A DNA stretch of 29,575 nucleotides, taken from the NCBI GenBank assembly GCA_029974275.1, contig JARKSN010000013.1:1-29575 (forward strand), given 5' to 3'. The DNA comes from Candidatus Hydrogenedentota bacterium (GTDB taxonomy: Bacteria; Hydrogenedentota; Hydrogenedentia; Hydrogenedentales; SLHB01). Below the pieces are notes generated by a model, which saw only the letters and a program-made list of their open reading frames with translations, ran no database searches and was not told where the DNA came from. The translations under genes and the position numbers were made by a program. Of this stretch, positions 18,750 to 28,132 are shown in pieces (position 1 is the first letter of the stretch; every line of letters begins with the position of its first letter).

Positions 18750-19826
18750 ATGTCACATAGACAAGGTTTTACGTTGATTGAATTGCTGGTTGTTATCGCC
18801 ATTATCGCCATTCTGGCGGCAATATTGCTACCGGCGCTTGCCCGAGCGCGAGAGGCGGCCCGGCGGGCCGTTTGCGCGAACAACCTGAAGCAGATGGGGT
18901 TGACCTTCAAGATGTACGCCGACGAGGCCCGCGGCGATTTCCCCGCCATGTCGGACTACTTGATCGGCGATTCGCATCCCACCTCCCCGAACCCAACGTA
19001 CTGGAACAATTCGGCGAGTCCAGACATGGAAGTCTTGTTCCCCGATTATCTGAACGATTACCGGATTCTCGCGTGTCCGTCAGACAGCGGCGTGCCCGGC
19101 ATTCCCGCCGCAAAGGTTCTCCCCCTGGAAGAAGGAATGGAGAAAATAACGTCCGCTATTCTCTCCGGTTCCGCCAAACCCCTATGCATCACGGCGCATC
19201 TTACTCCGGTGCGTTCCTATATCTACCTTGGATTCGTCACGCTAACGCCGTGTCAAGGAAGCGTCGCCTTCAATTCGTGGCTGAAGTCCGGCCAGGAAGT
19301 GTTTCTGGGCGATACGGACTATGAATCGCATCGCCTGCCTGTTGGGCCAGATTGTCCATACCAGGATTCGTGGCGCATCTATGACCGCATCCAGGTGGGT
19401 GTCGAAAAAGGCTGGATGGATGCCGCGGGGAACGTGTCGACGGCGTGGCGTCAAGGCATACAGGCGCTCGAGGAAGACGATACGCGGCTGCCGATGACGC
19501 TCTATCGTCTTCGAGAAGGCGCAGAGCGGTTTTTGATCACCGACATCAACAACCCGGCGTCCGCCGCGCGCGCACAAAGTTATATTCCCGTCATGTGGGA
19601 CGTTTGGGCAGCGGCTGCCGCGCCCCCGGAGGTCGAGGATCCAACCGTTTGGGAAACGATCCGCGGCGCGCGCATCACCAACCATATTCCGGGAGGCGGC
19701 AACGTGTTGTTCATGGATTGCCATGTCGAGTTCATCAAATTCGGCGTGCGGTATCCCATGCGCGATGACGACGCCAACACGGGGCGCAAGTTTTCCAAGG
19801 ACCTCTCCCGGGGCGTTCTCGGATAA
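18750..19826 (+). CDS. Prepilin-type N-terminal cleavage/methylation domain protein (DUF1559 / H-X9-DG family)
   Basis: [52 protein letters not shown]-terminal [25 protein letters not shown]. Confidence 0.92.
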   Translation: MSHRQGFTLIELLVVIAIIAILAAILLPALARAREAARRAVCANNLKQMGLTFKMYADEARGDFPAMSDYLIGDSHPTSPNPTYWNNSASPDMEVLFPDYLNDYRILACPSDSGVPGIPAAKVLPLEEGMEKITSAILSGSAKPLCITAHLTPVRSYIYLGFVTLTPCQGSVAFNSWLKSGQEVFLGDTDYESHRLPVGPDCPYQDSWRIYDRIQVGVEKGWMDAAGNVSTAWRQGIQALEEDDTRLPMTLYRLREGAERFLITDINNPASAARAQSYIPVMWDVWAAAAAPPEVEDPTVWETIRGARITNHIPGGGNVLFMDCHVEFIKFGVRYPMRDDDANTGRKFSKDLSRGVLG

Positions 19827-19880
19827 AGAAGGTTTTGCGAAAGAGTGCGGCCATGGCGAATCCGATTAGAGCGCCTCGGC

Positions 19881-21086
19881 TTATTTTCCCCATCGCGTTG
19901 GAAACGCGGCGTAGCCTGCCAGGTTGAAGGGCTGGGTGGCTTGAGTCCAGGACAGGCCGCATTCAGAAAGCAGTTTTCCCGCCTGGGTCGCTGTTTTGAT
20001 GGTTTCGGCAATGCCCGGAATGATCGTGGCCATGCTGCCATCTTCCGGGATGCGCGCCGTGAATTCGGGCGGAACGCTCGCGATGCCGCCTGCAGACTCG
20101 TAGGCCCCGTTGGAGAGAAGCAGAAAACCCTCTGCTTCGGCAAGGGGCATAAGCACGTCTTTTTCAACGCCTTGTAAGACGAGCGTCAGACGCCTGAGCA
20201 AGGCTTCCGTCAACGATGCGTCGAGCAAGGGAAGCATGTGTTCGTCTTGGATGATCATGCCGCGTTCGTCGCTCAACAAGGCGGTCCCCTTTTCGCCGAT
20301 GACAGTCCACATGCGTGACGCTGGGATGTCGGAGGCTTGGGTCAAATGAATGCATACTTCCACGCCGCTGTCCATGCGTGCGCGCAGACAGTTTGTGTCT
20401 TCGCCTTCGATGTCGGCCGCCCGGTACAGTTCGGCCTGCACCGACAAGGGGCGCGCGAAGGACTCGGGGGTTGTCCCCGCGAGAAACGAAGTCATATTCA
20501 GAACATGCGCGCAGGCATTGTTCATCGGTCCGTCCAGCACCCACGTCCCATTCAGACTTAGTTTGCCTGCCCAAGCGTTGCGCGCATAGTAGGCATCGGT
20601 CCGGCGCCAGCGCGCTTCCGCGCGAACGGCCATCACTTTTCCGAGAACTCCTTCGCATAGGCGTTGTTTCAGGCGAATCGCGTCAGGCCGGGCCATGTCG
20701 TGAAACCCCACAGCGCATTGCAAACCGGCGCGCTGCCGGATGGCTTCGAGATCGCGCAGATGTTGTATGCAAACAACGGGGGGTTTTTCGAGAAATAGGT
20801 GCAGCCCTCGTTCCAGGGCTTTCCGAGCCTGCGCATAATGATAGGGAATGGGCGTGGCCAAGGCGACGATATCCACCCGCGACTCTGCGGCGAGCAATGC
20901 ATCAAAGGAAGCATAGCGGCGGACGTGTTGCGCGGCCAGGAGGGAATTTTCGGCGTTTGCGTCGCTGGGTTCGGCAAAAGCAGCGACTTCGATCAACCCC
21001 TGGTCCTGCAACCGCAGCGCCGCCATTTCGTGCACACGACCAAAGCCTCCAACTCCAACCTGCGCCAAACGCAGAGGGCGATTCAT
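19881..21086 (-). CDS. Gfo/Idh/MocA family oxidoreductase
   Basis: GVGGFG Rossmann motif, ATPIPYH, FLEKPP, YYARNAWAG, DGPMNNACAH. Confidence 0.9.
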   Translation of the reverse strand: MNRPLRLAQVGVGGFGRVHEMAALRLQDQGLIEVAAFAEPSDANAENSLLAAQHVRRYASFDALLAAESRVDIVALATPIPYHYAQARKALERGLHLFLEKPPVVCIQHLRDLEAIRQRAGLQCAVGFHDMARPDAIRLKQRLCEGVLGKVMAVRAEARWRRTDAYYARNAWAGKLSLNGTWVLDGPMNNACAHVLNMTSFLAGTTPESFARPLSVQAELYRAADIEGEDTNCLRARMDSGVEVCIHLTQASDIPASRMWTVIGEKGTALLSDERGMIIQDEHMLPLLDASLTEALLRRLTLVLQGVEKDVLMPLAEAEGFLLLSNGAYESAGGIASVPPEFTARIPEDGSMATIIPGIAETIKTATQAGKLLSECGLSWTQATQPFNLAGYAAFPTRWGK

Positions 21087-21132
21087 AGGGTGTCCTTTCC
21101 AAGCATGCAGTCCTGTGGCAAAGAAGGAGCCG

Positions 21133-21627
21133 TCACGGCTCCAGCGACAAAACGATGCGCTTGCCGTTGGCGTTGAGTTGGCGGAGTTTGACGCCGGCCA
21201 TGCTCAGAATGCGCCGGGAGGCGACGAAAATATCCTTGTCGGCGTATTTGTCGGAGAGATAGATGACCTCTTTAATGCCGGTTTGGACGATGAGTTTGGC
21301 GCATTCGTTGCACGGAAAAAGGGAAACATACAGGGTTGCGCCTTCAAGGTCCTGCCGGTTAGTGGCGTTTGTGACGGCGTTCAATTCCGCGTGGCAGACG
21401 TAAGGATATTTCGTGTCGAGAAAACCGCCTTCGCGGTCCCAGGGGAGTTCATCGTCAGAACATCCCGTCGGAAAACCGTTGTACCCAATGCCGATGATCC
21501 GCTTGCGCACGTTGACAATGCAGGCTCCGACCTGCGTCGACGGGTCCTTGGAACGCAGGGCGGAGAGTTGCGCCACCGCCATGAAATACTCGTCCCAGCT
21601 AATATAATCTTTGCGTTTGCTTGTCAT
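21133..21627 (-). CDS. dCMP (deoxycytidylate) deaminase
   Basis: [44 protein letters not shown]. Confidence 0.95.
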   Translation of the reverse strand: MTSKRKDYISWDEYFMAVAQLSALRSKDPSTQVGACIVNVRKRIIGIGYNGFPTGCSDDELPWDREGGFLDTKYPYVCHAELNAVTNATNRQDLEGATLYVSLFPCNECAKLIVQTGIKEVIYLSDKYADKDIFVASRRILSMAGVKLRQLNANGKRIVLSLEP

Positions 21628-21657
21628 AGCTCCATTTCGCCGACACGCCCCCCCGGG

Positions 21658-24099
21658 TTAGTCGATAGCGATGATCTCCCCTTGGCGCACAACAGCCATC
21701 CGCACCCCATTGGTGATCGTAACGGTCTGCTCCGTACGGTTGTATTCGCCCACGGTCCAGGAGCCATATATTTTGCCCCCAATGTCCAGCACGCGATCTT
21801 CGTTGACGCCGCTGGGCAGGTAGAGGGTGAAGCTGAACTGCGGCGGCCGGTTTTCCGCAGCGATGACGCCGTGCAACCCCACCCTCACTTTCGTGACGGT
21901 GGGTTTGGGCGGGGCCTGGGACGGTTCCACTTCGCCGGGGCGATCGACATCTGTTTCGGCAGCGGATCCGATGGCAGCACGGGGCGGGGGGGGGACAATC
22001 GGGCGCGGAACGAAGGCGGACACGGCGGGCATCTCTACATTGAAGCTCTTCCATTGCTTCGGTCCGGAAAGATTGGAAAGGATCGTTGCCTTGTAAAGTC
22101 CCTCGGACAGGCGGAAACGGAACGTCACGCGTTCTCCTGGAGGAAGGGCCACGCGCGTTTTATGAGGCGCATCGGAAATCAGAGTTCCCACACCGCTGTC
22201 TATCTCGAAGGGGGCGTCGCTCAAACGCTCCCATTCAAGTTCGCCTTGCCGGTCCAAAACGAGTTGGAAGGCGGAGGGTTCTTGGGCGAAAACGGCCAAC
22301 GAGACGGTTCGCCGTCCGACATTGCGCACGGGGACGCGGCAGGTGGCTTCTTGGGATCCGGCGTCGGGCCGCTCGATGGATATGGCATCGAGAACGATGC
22401 GGGGGCGGAGCAGTCCCCATGCGTCCGTGAGAACGACGCTGGCGCCGATGCCTAGCAAGATAGGAAAAACCGCCAAGGTTGGCCGTATGGGGGGGTCGTT
22501 CCAGAGGGCGATGATTGCCGAGACGCCAATGGCCATAAGCGCGAGAAAGGCCATCATTTCCGCAGGACTTGACCAAACAGCGGCATATTCGCGCAGATAC
22601 GCGTCGAACGAAGTGGTTCCATAACGAGCCTCGTGGAAGAGGGAGATGGCCCCCAATAACGAGGCGGTCCATATCATTCCAAAGAGGATGCCGCGTAGCC
22701 GGAGGTTGGGAAGGAGCGCGACAGAGGATGCGAGGGCGGCCAGCACAAATGGGATGGCAATCGGCAGGTAGGGCCCAGGTCCTTGACCGGCAAAATGTCC
22801 GGCAATGCCGAGCGGGGTCATCCGCCCAAAGGGAAGAAAAACGGAAACGGCCAGCCCAAGCGCCGCAGCCCAAGCAATCCAAATGTCTGCCGTGAGCGGC
22901 GCAGGAGCGCCCCGCCGTCCTGCGAAACGCTTGAGGAGAGTCTGACGAGGAGCGGGCACGTCGCGTGACGAATTGGCGCTGAGCACGCGGGTGAGCAGGT
23001 CGCGCGCTTTGTTCAGATCGTGCTTGGCGCGAAGCATCGTCTGCTCCTGTTGATCGCGCTGCACGCGGTCCACCTCGCCGGCATGGAACCGGTCACGCAG
23101 GCGGTCCATTTGGGCGTCGCAGACTTTCAGGTCTTCCAGAAAATCGTTCTGCAACTGTTCCAGGCGGGCGCGATGAAATTTGACGGTTACGTCGGCCAGG
23201 CGCCGCGCCGCTTTCGTCTCGCCGCGCATGTGCTCGATGCTGGTCCCGGGAGGCAAATCGCCGGGCCCTATGCGCAGGGCCTCGTCCATGCGCTGTTCGG
23301 CGTCTTGACGGCGGCTCATCGCCTCGGTCAACGCATCGATGTGCATTTCCAACAGGGAAACGCTCGGATCGGGCGGATCAGGAAGGGAGACATGATCCGG
23401 CACTTCGGGCTTGGCGTCGGCGGACATGCTGATCCGTCCGCCGGTGTAATGAACGTTTTGGATCGCCAGCCACCCCCGAAGATCCTGCTGGCAACGTTCC
23501 AAATAGTCGCGGCGCCGACGACGCTCCTCGATGCGTCCAAGGAAAGCGGCAAGCTCCATTTCGCCAACGCGCGCCGCAAGACAGATGTCGGCGATTTCCT
23601 TTTGCACGTCGGCAAGTTCCATGGCCACTTCCATGAGACGGGCCCGCAGTTTTTCGTCGAGTTTTACGCGGGCGCGTCGAGCGCGCCGGGCCTGTTGCTT
23701 CAGTTCATTCAATTCCCCTTCGTAGGCCGAAGGGTCTTCCTTTTCGAGAAAGGAAACGCGTTCGCTAAGGTTCACCAGAATGTTGGTAATGGCATTCAGC
23801 GGCGGATAGACGTCCAACGGCAGCGTCACGGATCGCTTGCGTTGCTGACGGGGGGAAGCGTCGTGCGACTCGGGCGTCTTGGCTCCCGATTTTCGGGATT
23901 TCGCTTTCCGCAAAAATTCGGGGTGGTCCTTCAGGTAGAGTTCGGTTTGGCCTGGCTCGAGTTCGTCTTCGCGTGGAATGCGGATTTTTTGGCGACAGGC
24001 AACGCATTTTCCAGGTTGCCCATACATAGAGGCCGATATTTTCATGCGTTGGCCGCATGTGCAGTGGATGCGAAGGTGTTTCGCTGACGATTTGGCCAT
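21658..24099 (-). CDS. Hypothetical 813-aa multi-domain membrane protein (Zn ribbon, coiled coils, ~5 TM, extracytoplasmic beta domains)
   Basis: HCTCGQ...GKCVACRQ; long heptad-rich region; five hydrophobic helices at about residues 405-560; beta-rich domain, Pro-rich linker, C-terminal beta domain; AAGGA RBS. Confidence 0.85.
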   Translation of the reverse strand: MAKSSAKHLRIHCTCGQRMKISASMYGQPGKCVACRQKIRIPREDELEPGQTELYLKDHPEFLRKAKSRKSGAKTPESHDASPRQQRKRSVTLPLDVYPPLNAITNILVNLSERVSFLEKEDPSAYEGELNELKQQARRARRARVKLDEKLRARLMEVAMELADVQKEIADICLAARVGEMELAAFLGRIEERRRRRDYLERCQQDLRGWLAIQNVHYTGGRISMSADAKPEVPDHVSLPDPPDPSVSLLEMHIDALTEAMSRRQDAEQRMDEALRIGPGDLPPGTSIEHMRGETKAARRLADVTVKFHRARLEQLQNDFLEDLKVCDAQMDRLRDRFHAGEVDRVQRDQQEQTMLRAKHDLNKARDLLTRVLSANSSRDVPAPRQTLLKRFAGRRGAPAPLTADIWIAWAAALGLAVSVFLPFGRMTPLGIAGHFAGQGPGPYLPIAIPFVLAALASSVALLPNLRLRGILFGMIWTASLLGAISLFHEARYGTTSFDAYLREYAAVWSSPAEMMAFLALMAIGVSAIIALWNDPPIRPTLAVFPILLGIGASVVLTDAWGLLRPRIVLDAISIERPDAGSQEATCRVPVRNVGRRTVSLAVFAQEPSAFQLVLDRQGELEWERLSDAPFEIDSGVGTLISDAPHKTRVALPPGERVTFRFRLSEGLYKATILSNLSGPKQWKSFNVEMPAVSAFVPRPIVPPPPRAAIGSAAETDVDRPGEVEPSQAPPKPTVTKVRVGLHGVIAAENRPPQFSFTLYLPSGVNEDRVLDIGGKIYGSWTVGEYNRTEQTVTITNGVRMAVVRQGEIIAID

Positions 24100-24402
24100 G
24101 TGCGGTTCCTTTATCCGCCTCTTCTGGATTCTCGATATTCCCCCTTGGCGCTTGCCGGCGCGTTCGGGGAATTCACGGAACTAACCCGTGAGTCCTTGGG
24201 ATGACGACGCATCGTGTCACGCAACAGAAACTCCCGTTCGTTGATTGCGCGGCGCGCTCGTCTCGCTTTGCTCGCAATAACGCGCATGAAGCGTTTCCAA
24301 TAGGATTCGCTGCCTAAAAACTACCGTTTCAACACGGGAAAAGCAAGCGGACGATCCGAACGAAGCGGTTTTTGAGAATTTTTGCCTTTGGGGGGTTATT
24401 CA

Positions 24403-24431
24403 TTGACAATGCGACGCATCCTGTCTAGAAT
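24403..24431 (+). promoter_or_regulatory. Near-consensus sigma70 promoter for the rightward Zn-ribbon/TPR genes
   Basis: TTGACA (24403-24408), 17 nt, TAGAAT (24426-24431). The spacer contains the palindrome ATGCGACGCAT. A second TATAAT is at 24585-24590. Confidence 0.6.
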
Positions 24432-24675
24432 CGAGACGAATGAGAGCGTTTGGGCACAATGTGTTGAGGCGACGTTTCCGGGAAAGCGCTTGGGGCCGAA
24501 AAACATCGAAACGCGAAAACAGGTCTTTCGTATAGAATTAAGGCGGTGACGGGGAAGTACGGAGCGTGTCGGCCCTTTGCCAGGTATAATAGTGAGCAGG
24601 AAGGTCGTGAGGAGGAGTTTCGTTCGCGAGCGATTTCGCGAAGGATGATAAAAGTGAAGAAAAGGACGCGCGATC

Positions 24676-24852
24676 ATGTTCGCGGTTTGGTATCTCGTAG
24701 TGATGGTGGGCATAATCATTTTATTGGGATGCGCGGCCGTTCCGGCGTTGTTGCGTAAAAAGTGTGAAGGCTGTGGCGCATTCAATAGCCTTGACGCACG
24801 CGAGTGTACACGTTGCAAGGCGGTTTTTGAGGATACGAAAAGTGAGTTGTGA
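24676..24852 (+). CDS. 58-aa protein: N-terminal TM helix plus CxxC-x10-CxxC zinc ribbon
   Basis: Below the ORF-track cutoff; translated by hand: MFAVWYLVVMVGIIILLGCAAVPALLRKKCEGCGAFNSLDARECTRCKAVFEDTKSEL; AAGGA RBS. Confidence 0.75.
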   Translation: MFAVWYLVVMVGIIILLGCAAVPALLRKKCEGCGAFNSLDARECTRCKAVFEDTKSEL

Positions 24853-24971
24853 CGCTGGCATGACGACGGCTGCATGGGAGCGGAACACGCCCCGGAGAAG
24901 GCGCCGTCCATAGGAAGAGAACGGGGCAGACGCTCTGTGCGTCCGGCCCGGCAACATGAAGGAAATATGCC

Positions 24972-26642
24972 GTGCCAAGCATGACCAATTGCCCGTTTTG
25001 TGGAAAACTGACCGATCCGCGTTTGGACAATTGCGTCCATTGCGGCGGCGTTTTGCGCAAGGCCTCGCCCGGGCAGGCGGCGCCCGGCAATCGCGCAGAG
25101 GATGCTTCCGCTTCGCAGACGTGCCCCAACTGTCACGCTCTTGTGCAGGCGGGAGACATCATCTGCGTGGCGTGCGGCACCAACTTGTTGACAGGACAAA
25201 AGATATCCGCAGAGCGCGCGCCCGCGCCGACGCGTCGCAGCCGCGGACCTCTCCTCTATGCGGGCGCGGTCATATTGGGCGCGATCATCCTCGTGGGAGC
25301 CGGGGTTGGCCTCTATGTGTTGCTGCGCAATCCCATCGATTATGCCGTGCAATTGAGCGCGCAGGGCCGGAATTCGGAGGCGGTGGCTGTTCTTGAAAAC
25401 TATCTGGCCAAGCGCCCCGGCAATGCGCGAGGGCAATTTGAGCTTGCCCGGCTGTATTGGGGGGCAGGCCAATACCAGCGTGCGGCACAGGCTTTCGAGA
25501 AGGTTGGACCGCGGAACCGAGTCGCCGTGTTGATGCAGGCGGCCAGTCTCCATGCGATGAACGACGCGAACACACGGAAGCAGGAGGCGGCGGCTTTTGC
25601 GCGGTTGACCCAGGAGTTTCCGGATGATGCCCAGGCGTGGCATCTGCTGGCTTTGGCGCGGGGCACTTCGGGCGATTATCCTGGCATGACAGAGGCGTTA
25701 AAACGCGCGCAGACGTTGTCTCCTGCCACATCCGATGTCCGCACGTTGCTGGGAGTAGGAGACGTGTTGGCGCGCGACTATGCCGCGGCGGCGCAGGAAC
25801 TCGACGCCGTTCTCCGGGAGAAGCCGGAAACCTCCGATGCGTTGGTGGTTCGGGGAATGCTGTATTGGATGGAAGGCAAAACGGACGCGGCCTTGGCTGC
25901 GCTTCAGGAGGCGTTTGCTTCGGCGGTTTCGCTAAAGACATTGGCGGGCACACAGGCGGGCCTTATCCTGGTTCAGAAAGGGGAATACAAGAAAGCCATC
26001 GAATATCTGGAACAAGTCCGGAATCAGCCCGACGCCGATCCCGCCGCCTCGTTTTTCTATGCGAGCGCGCTATTTGCGTTGCAGTTTTTCCCCGATGCCG
26101 TTGCGGAGTTCGAAAAATTGGTTTCCGCAAAAGGGCCTTATGCGAAGGAAGCCGCTGTGCAATTGGCCAGGGCAAGCATCGCGCGAGATGACATCGAGAA
26201 GGCGCGGCAAGCCCTGGAGCAGGCTTCTGTCTTGGGCGCGCAAGGCGCCGAGGTGGACACCTTGCGGGGACGCATTTTGCTGATGACCGGCGACGAAACG
26301 GGCGCGCAAGGCGCTTTCCGGAAAGCGGTTTCAGTGGATCCGCGTTATGCCCCTGCCCATCTCGAAAACGGCTTGCTCTACATCCGTCGGCAGGCGGTGG
26401 AAGAAGGCATCGAGGAGTTACAGGCGTACCTTGACTTGATCGGGCCCGAAGGAACCGACCGCGAAGTCGAGATGCTCGTAAGCCAACTCAAAACCGCTTC
26501 TGATCGTCAAACAGGTTCCGCCCCTGAAAACAGCGCGGTGCCTCAGGAGTCCGGCGCTCCATCTCCGGATGCGACAAACGCGGCGTCTTTGGGCGCCAGC
26601 GCATCGGACCAACGAACTCTCGACGGGAGGGCCCATTCATGA
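24972..26642 (+). CDS. Double zinc-ribbon, single-TM, TPR-repeat protein
   Basis: CPFCG...CVHCG and CPNCH...CVACGTNL; TM LLYAGAVILGAIILVGAGVGLYVLL; long TPR array. Start GTG 24972 or ATG 24981. Confidence 0.85.
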   Translation: MPSMTNCPFCGKLTDPRLDNCVHCGGVLRKASPGQAAPGNRAEDASASQTCPNCHALVQAGDIICVACGTNLLTGQKISAERAPAPTRRSRGPLLYAGAVILGAIILVGAGVGLYVLLRNPIDYAVQLSAQGRNSEAVAVLENYLAKRPGNARGQFELARLYWGAGQYQRAAQAFEKVGPRNRVAVLMQAASLHAMNDANTRKQEAAAFARLTQEFPDDAQAWHLLALARGTSGDYPGMTEALKRAQTLSPATSDVRTLLGVGDVLARDYAAAAQELDAVLREKPETSDALVVRGMLYWMEGKTDAALAALQEAFASAVSLKTLAGTQAGLILVQKGEYKKAIEYLEQVRNQPDADPAASFFYASALFALQFFPDAVAEFEKLVSAKGPYAKEAAVQLARASIARDDIEKARQALEQASVLGAQGAEVDTLRGRILLMTGDETGAQGAFRKAVSVDPRYAPAHLENGLLYIRRQAVEEGIEELQAYLDLIGPEGTDREVEMLVSQLKTASDRQTGSAPENSAVPQESGAPSPDATNAASLGASASDQRTLDGRAHS

Positions 26643-28093
26643 AGCGCGCAACATGGATCTGGATCGCGGTTCTCGCGATTATTCTGGCGCCGGATGCAAT
26701 GGCGTGGGGCCCCAAAGCCAAACTCGCTATCACGGCGTCGGCGGCGCGCCTCCTGACGCGCGAAGGCACAGTGCCTTTGTCGAATCTGGAACGCGATGTG
26801 CAGCGCGGCGCCAATGCCCCCGGCGCGGTTTTGTCACAACAAATTCCCAATGCCGACGCCGATCCGCTTACCGCCATTCAATCAGAGATGACCTTGCTGC
26901 AGGCGGTGCGCGGCGATCGCGTCGACCCATACTTCGCCTATCGTTTGGGGCTACTGGGCAGTCTCGTCGCGCAGACGACCACGCCGTTGTCGGACGCTGA
27001 GCCTGGCATCAAGGCGTTGTATGAAAACGACGTCGACAACAATATCCAAGGAATTTTTCTCGACAAGACCGACCGTAAGATCGTCGATCCGCCCGCGTAT
27101 TTCGCTTGGGCGATCCGGGAAGCCAACGTCCAGAAAGATGTCATCGTCGGCGATTATCGATCGGGACGAGGCTTTCGCGGCACGGCGGCGGCCTCGTTGC
27201 CGGCGGACGCCATCCGATCGGTCAACGCGGTGGCCGATGTATGGTACACGATTTTCAAAGGATCGGCGGTTGTGGCCAACATGCCCGAGGGGCGCGTCCG
27301 CGACTATATCGTCAGCGCGCTTCAATTCTATGTGGAGCGAGGCAATCGGCAGGAAGTGGAATCCGCCTATACGCGTCTCGCGGCGCTTGGCCCCGTCACG
27401 ATCGAACTGCGCAAACGCATTGGCGACATGTTTTACGACGCCGGCCTCCAGGAACGCGCCGTTCAAGAGTACGAGGAAATCCTTCAGGAATCGCCCGGGC
27501 GGCGCGATGTGGCGCAACGCATCGCCGATTACTACATGAAAACCGGCGACGACGCCCTCAAAGAGAACGCCTACGAAGCGGCGGCTAGGGCGTATGCCTC
27601 TGCGTTGCGCGCCGATCCGCTGCACGAAACAGCGCGCGCCAAACAGATCGAGGCGGAGTCCCTGCTCGCCCAAAAAACTGCCCGACGCGAAACCGCCAAG
27701 CAAGCCGTCGAGCGCGGCCGCTCCCTTCAGACCGAGGCGGAACGCATGGCGATGCGCAACGAGTTCGCCGAAGCGATTGAACTGCTGCATCAGGCCCAGG
27801 CCGCCTTCAAGACGGTAACCGATGAGTTTATCGACGAAGCCCGCGCCGCCGCCGCCGGCCAGGCCAATACGACCATCCGCCTTCGCGAATACCGCAATCA
27901 ACTCGTTGCAGGAGCAGCGAATCTGAGCGGACGCGGCTCCATGGGCGACATTCGGAAGTTGGCGGAAGACCAGAGCGGCGTTCTGGCGCACCAATCCCTC
28001 GAAGCGCTTATCAAGAGCCATTACCAAAAAGAAATGCAGCAAATTCGCGAGTCGAGCCAGAACGCGATGACTCCCGCTCCCCCTTCTCCGTGA
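26639..28093 (+). CDS. Secreted protein: degenerate P1-nuclease/phospholipase-C-like domain plus TPR/helical region
   Basis: Signal peptide ending AMA|WG; ATGA overlap with the upstream gene; TPR-like segments RIGDMFY and RIADYY. Confidence 0.8.
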   Translation: MKRATWIWIAVLAIILAPDAMAWGPKAKLAITASAARLLTREGTVPLSNLERDVQRGANAPGAVLSQQIPNADADPLTAIQSEMTLLQAVRGDRVDPYFAYRLGLLGSLVAQTTTPLSDAEPGIKALYENDVDNNIQGIFLDKTDRKIVDPPAYFAWAIREANVQKDVIVGDYRSGRGFRGTAAASLPADAIRSVNAVADVWYTIFKGSAVVANMPEGRVRDYIVSALQFYVERGNRQEVESAYTRLAALGPVTIELRKRIGDMFYDAGLQERAVQEYEEILQESPGRRDVAQRIADYYMKTGDDALKENAYEAAARAYASALRADPLHETARAKQIEAESLLAQKTARRETAKQAVERGRSLQTEAERMAMRNEFAEAIELLHQAQAAFKTVTDEFIDEARAAAAGQANTTIRLREYRNQLVAGAANLSGRGSMGDIRKLAEDQSGVLAHQSLEALIKSHYQKEMQQIRESSQNAMTPAPPSP

Positions 28094-28132
28094 ACACTGG
28101 CGGCGCGGCCCTGCTTTTCTCTCTTCGTTGAC

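Noticed and set aside
21133..21627. Deaminase as an anti-phage nucleotide-depletion system
   Set aside because: It is a short canonical dCMP deaminase with no fused kinase domain and no defence-island context.
21115..22455. 446-aa plus-strand ORF (also 23020..24087 +, 24396..25643 -, 26951..28234 -)
   Set aside because: Antisense shadows of well-supported genes.
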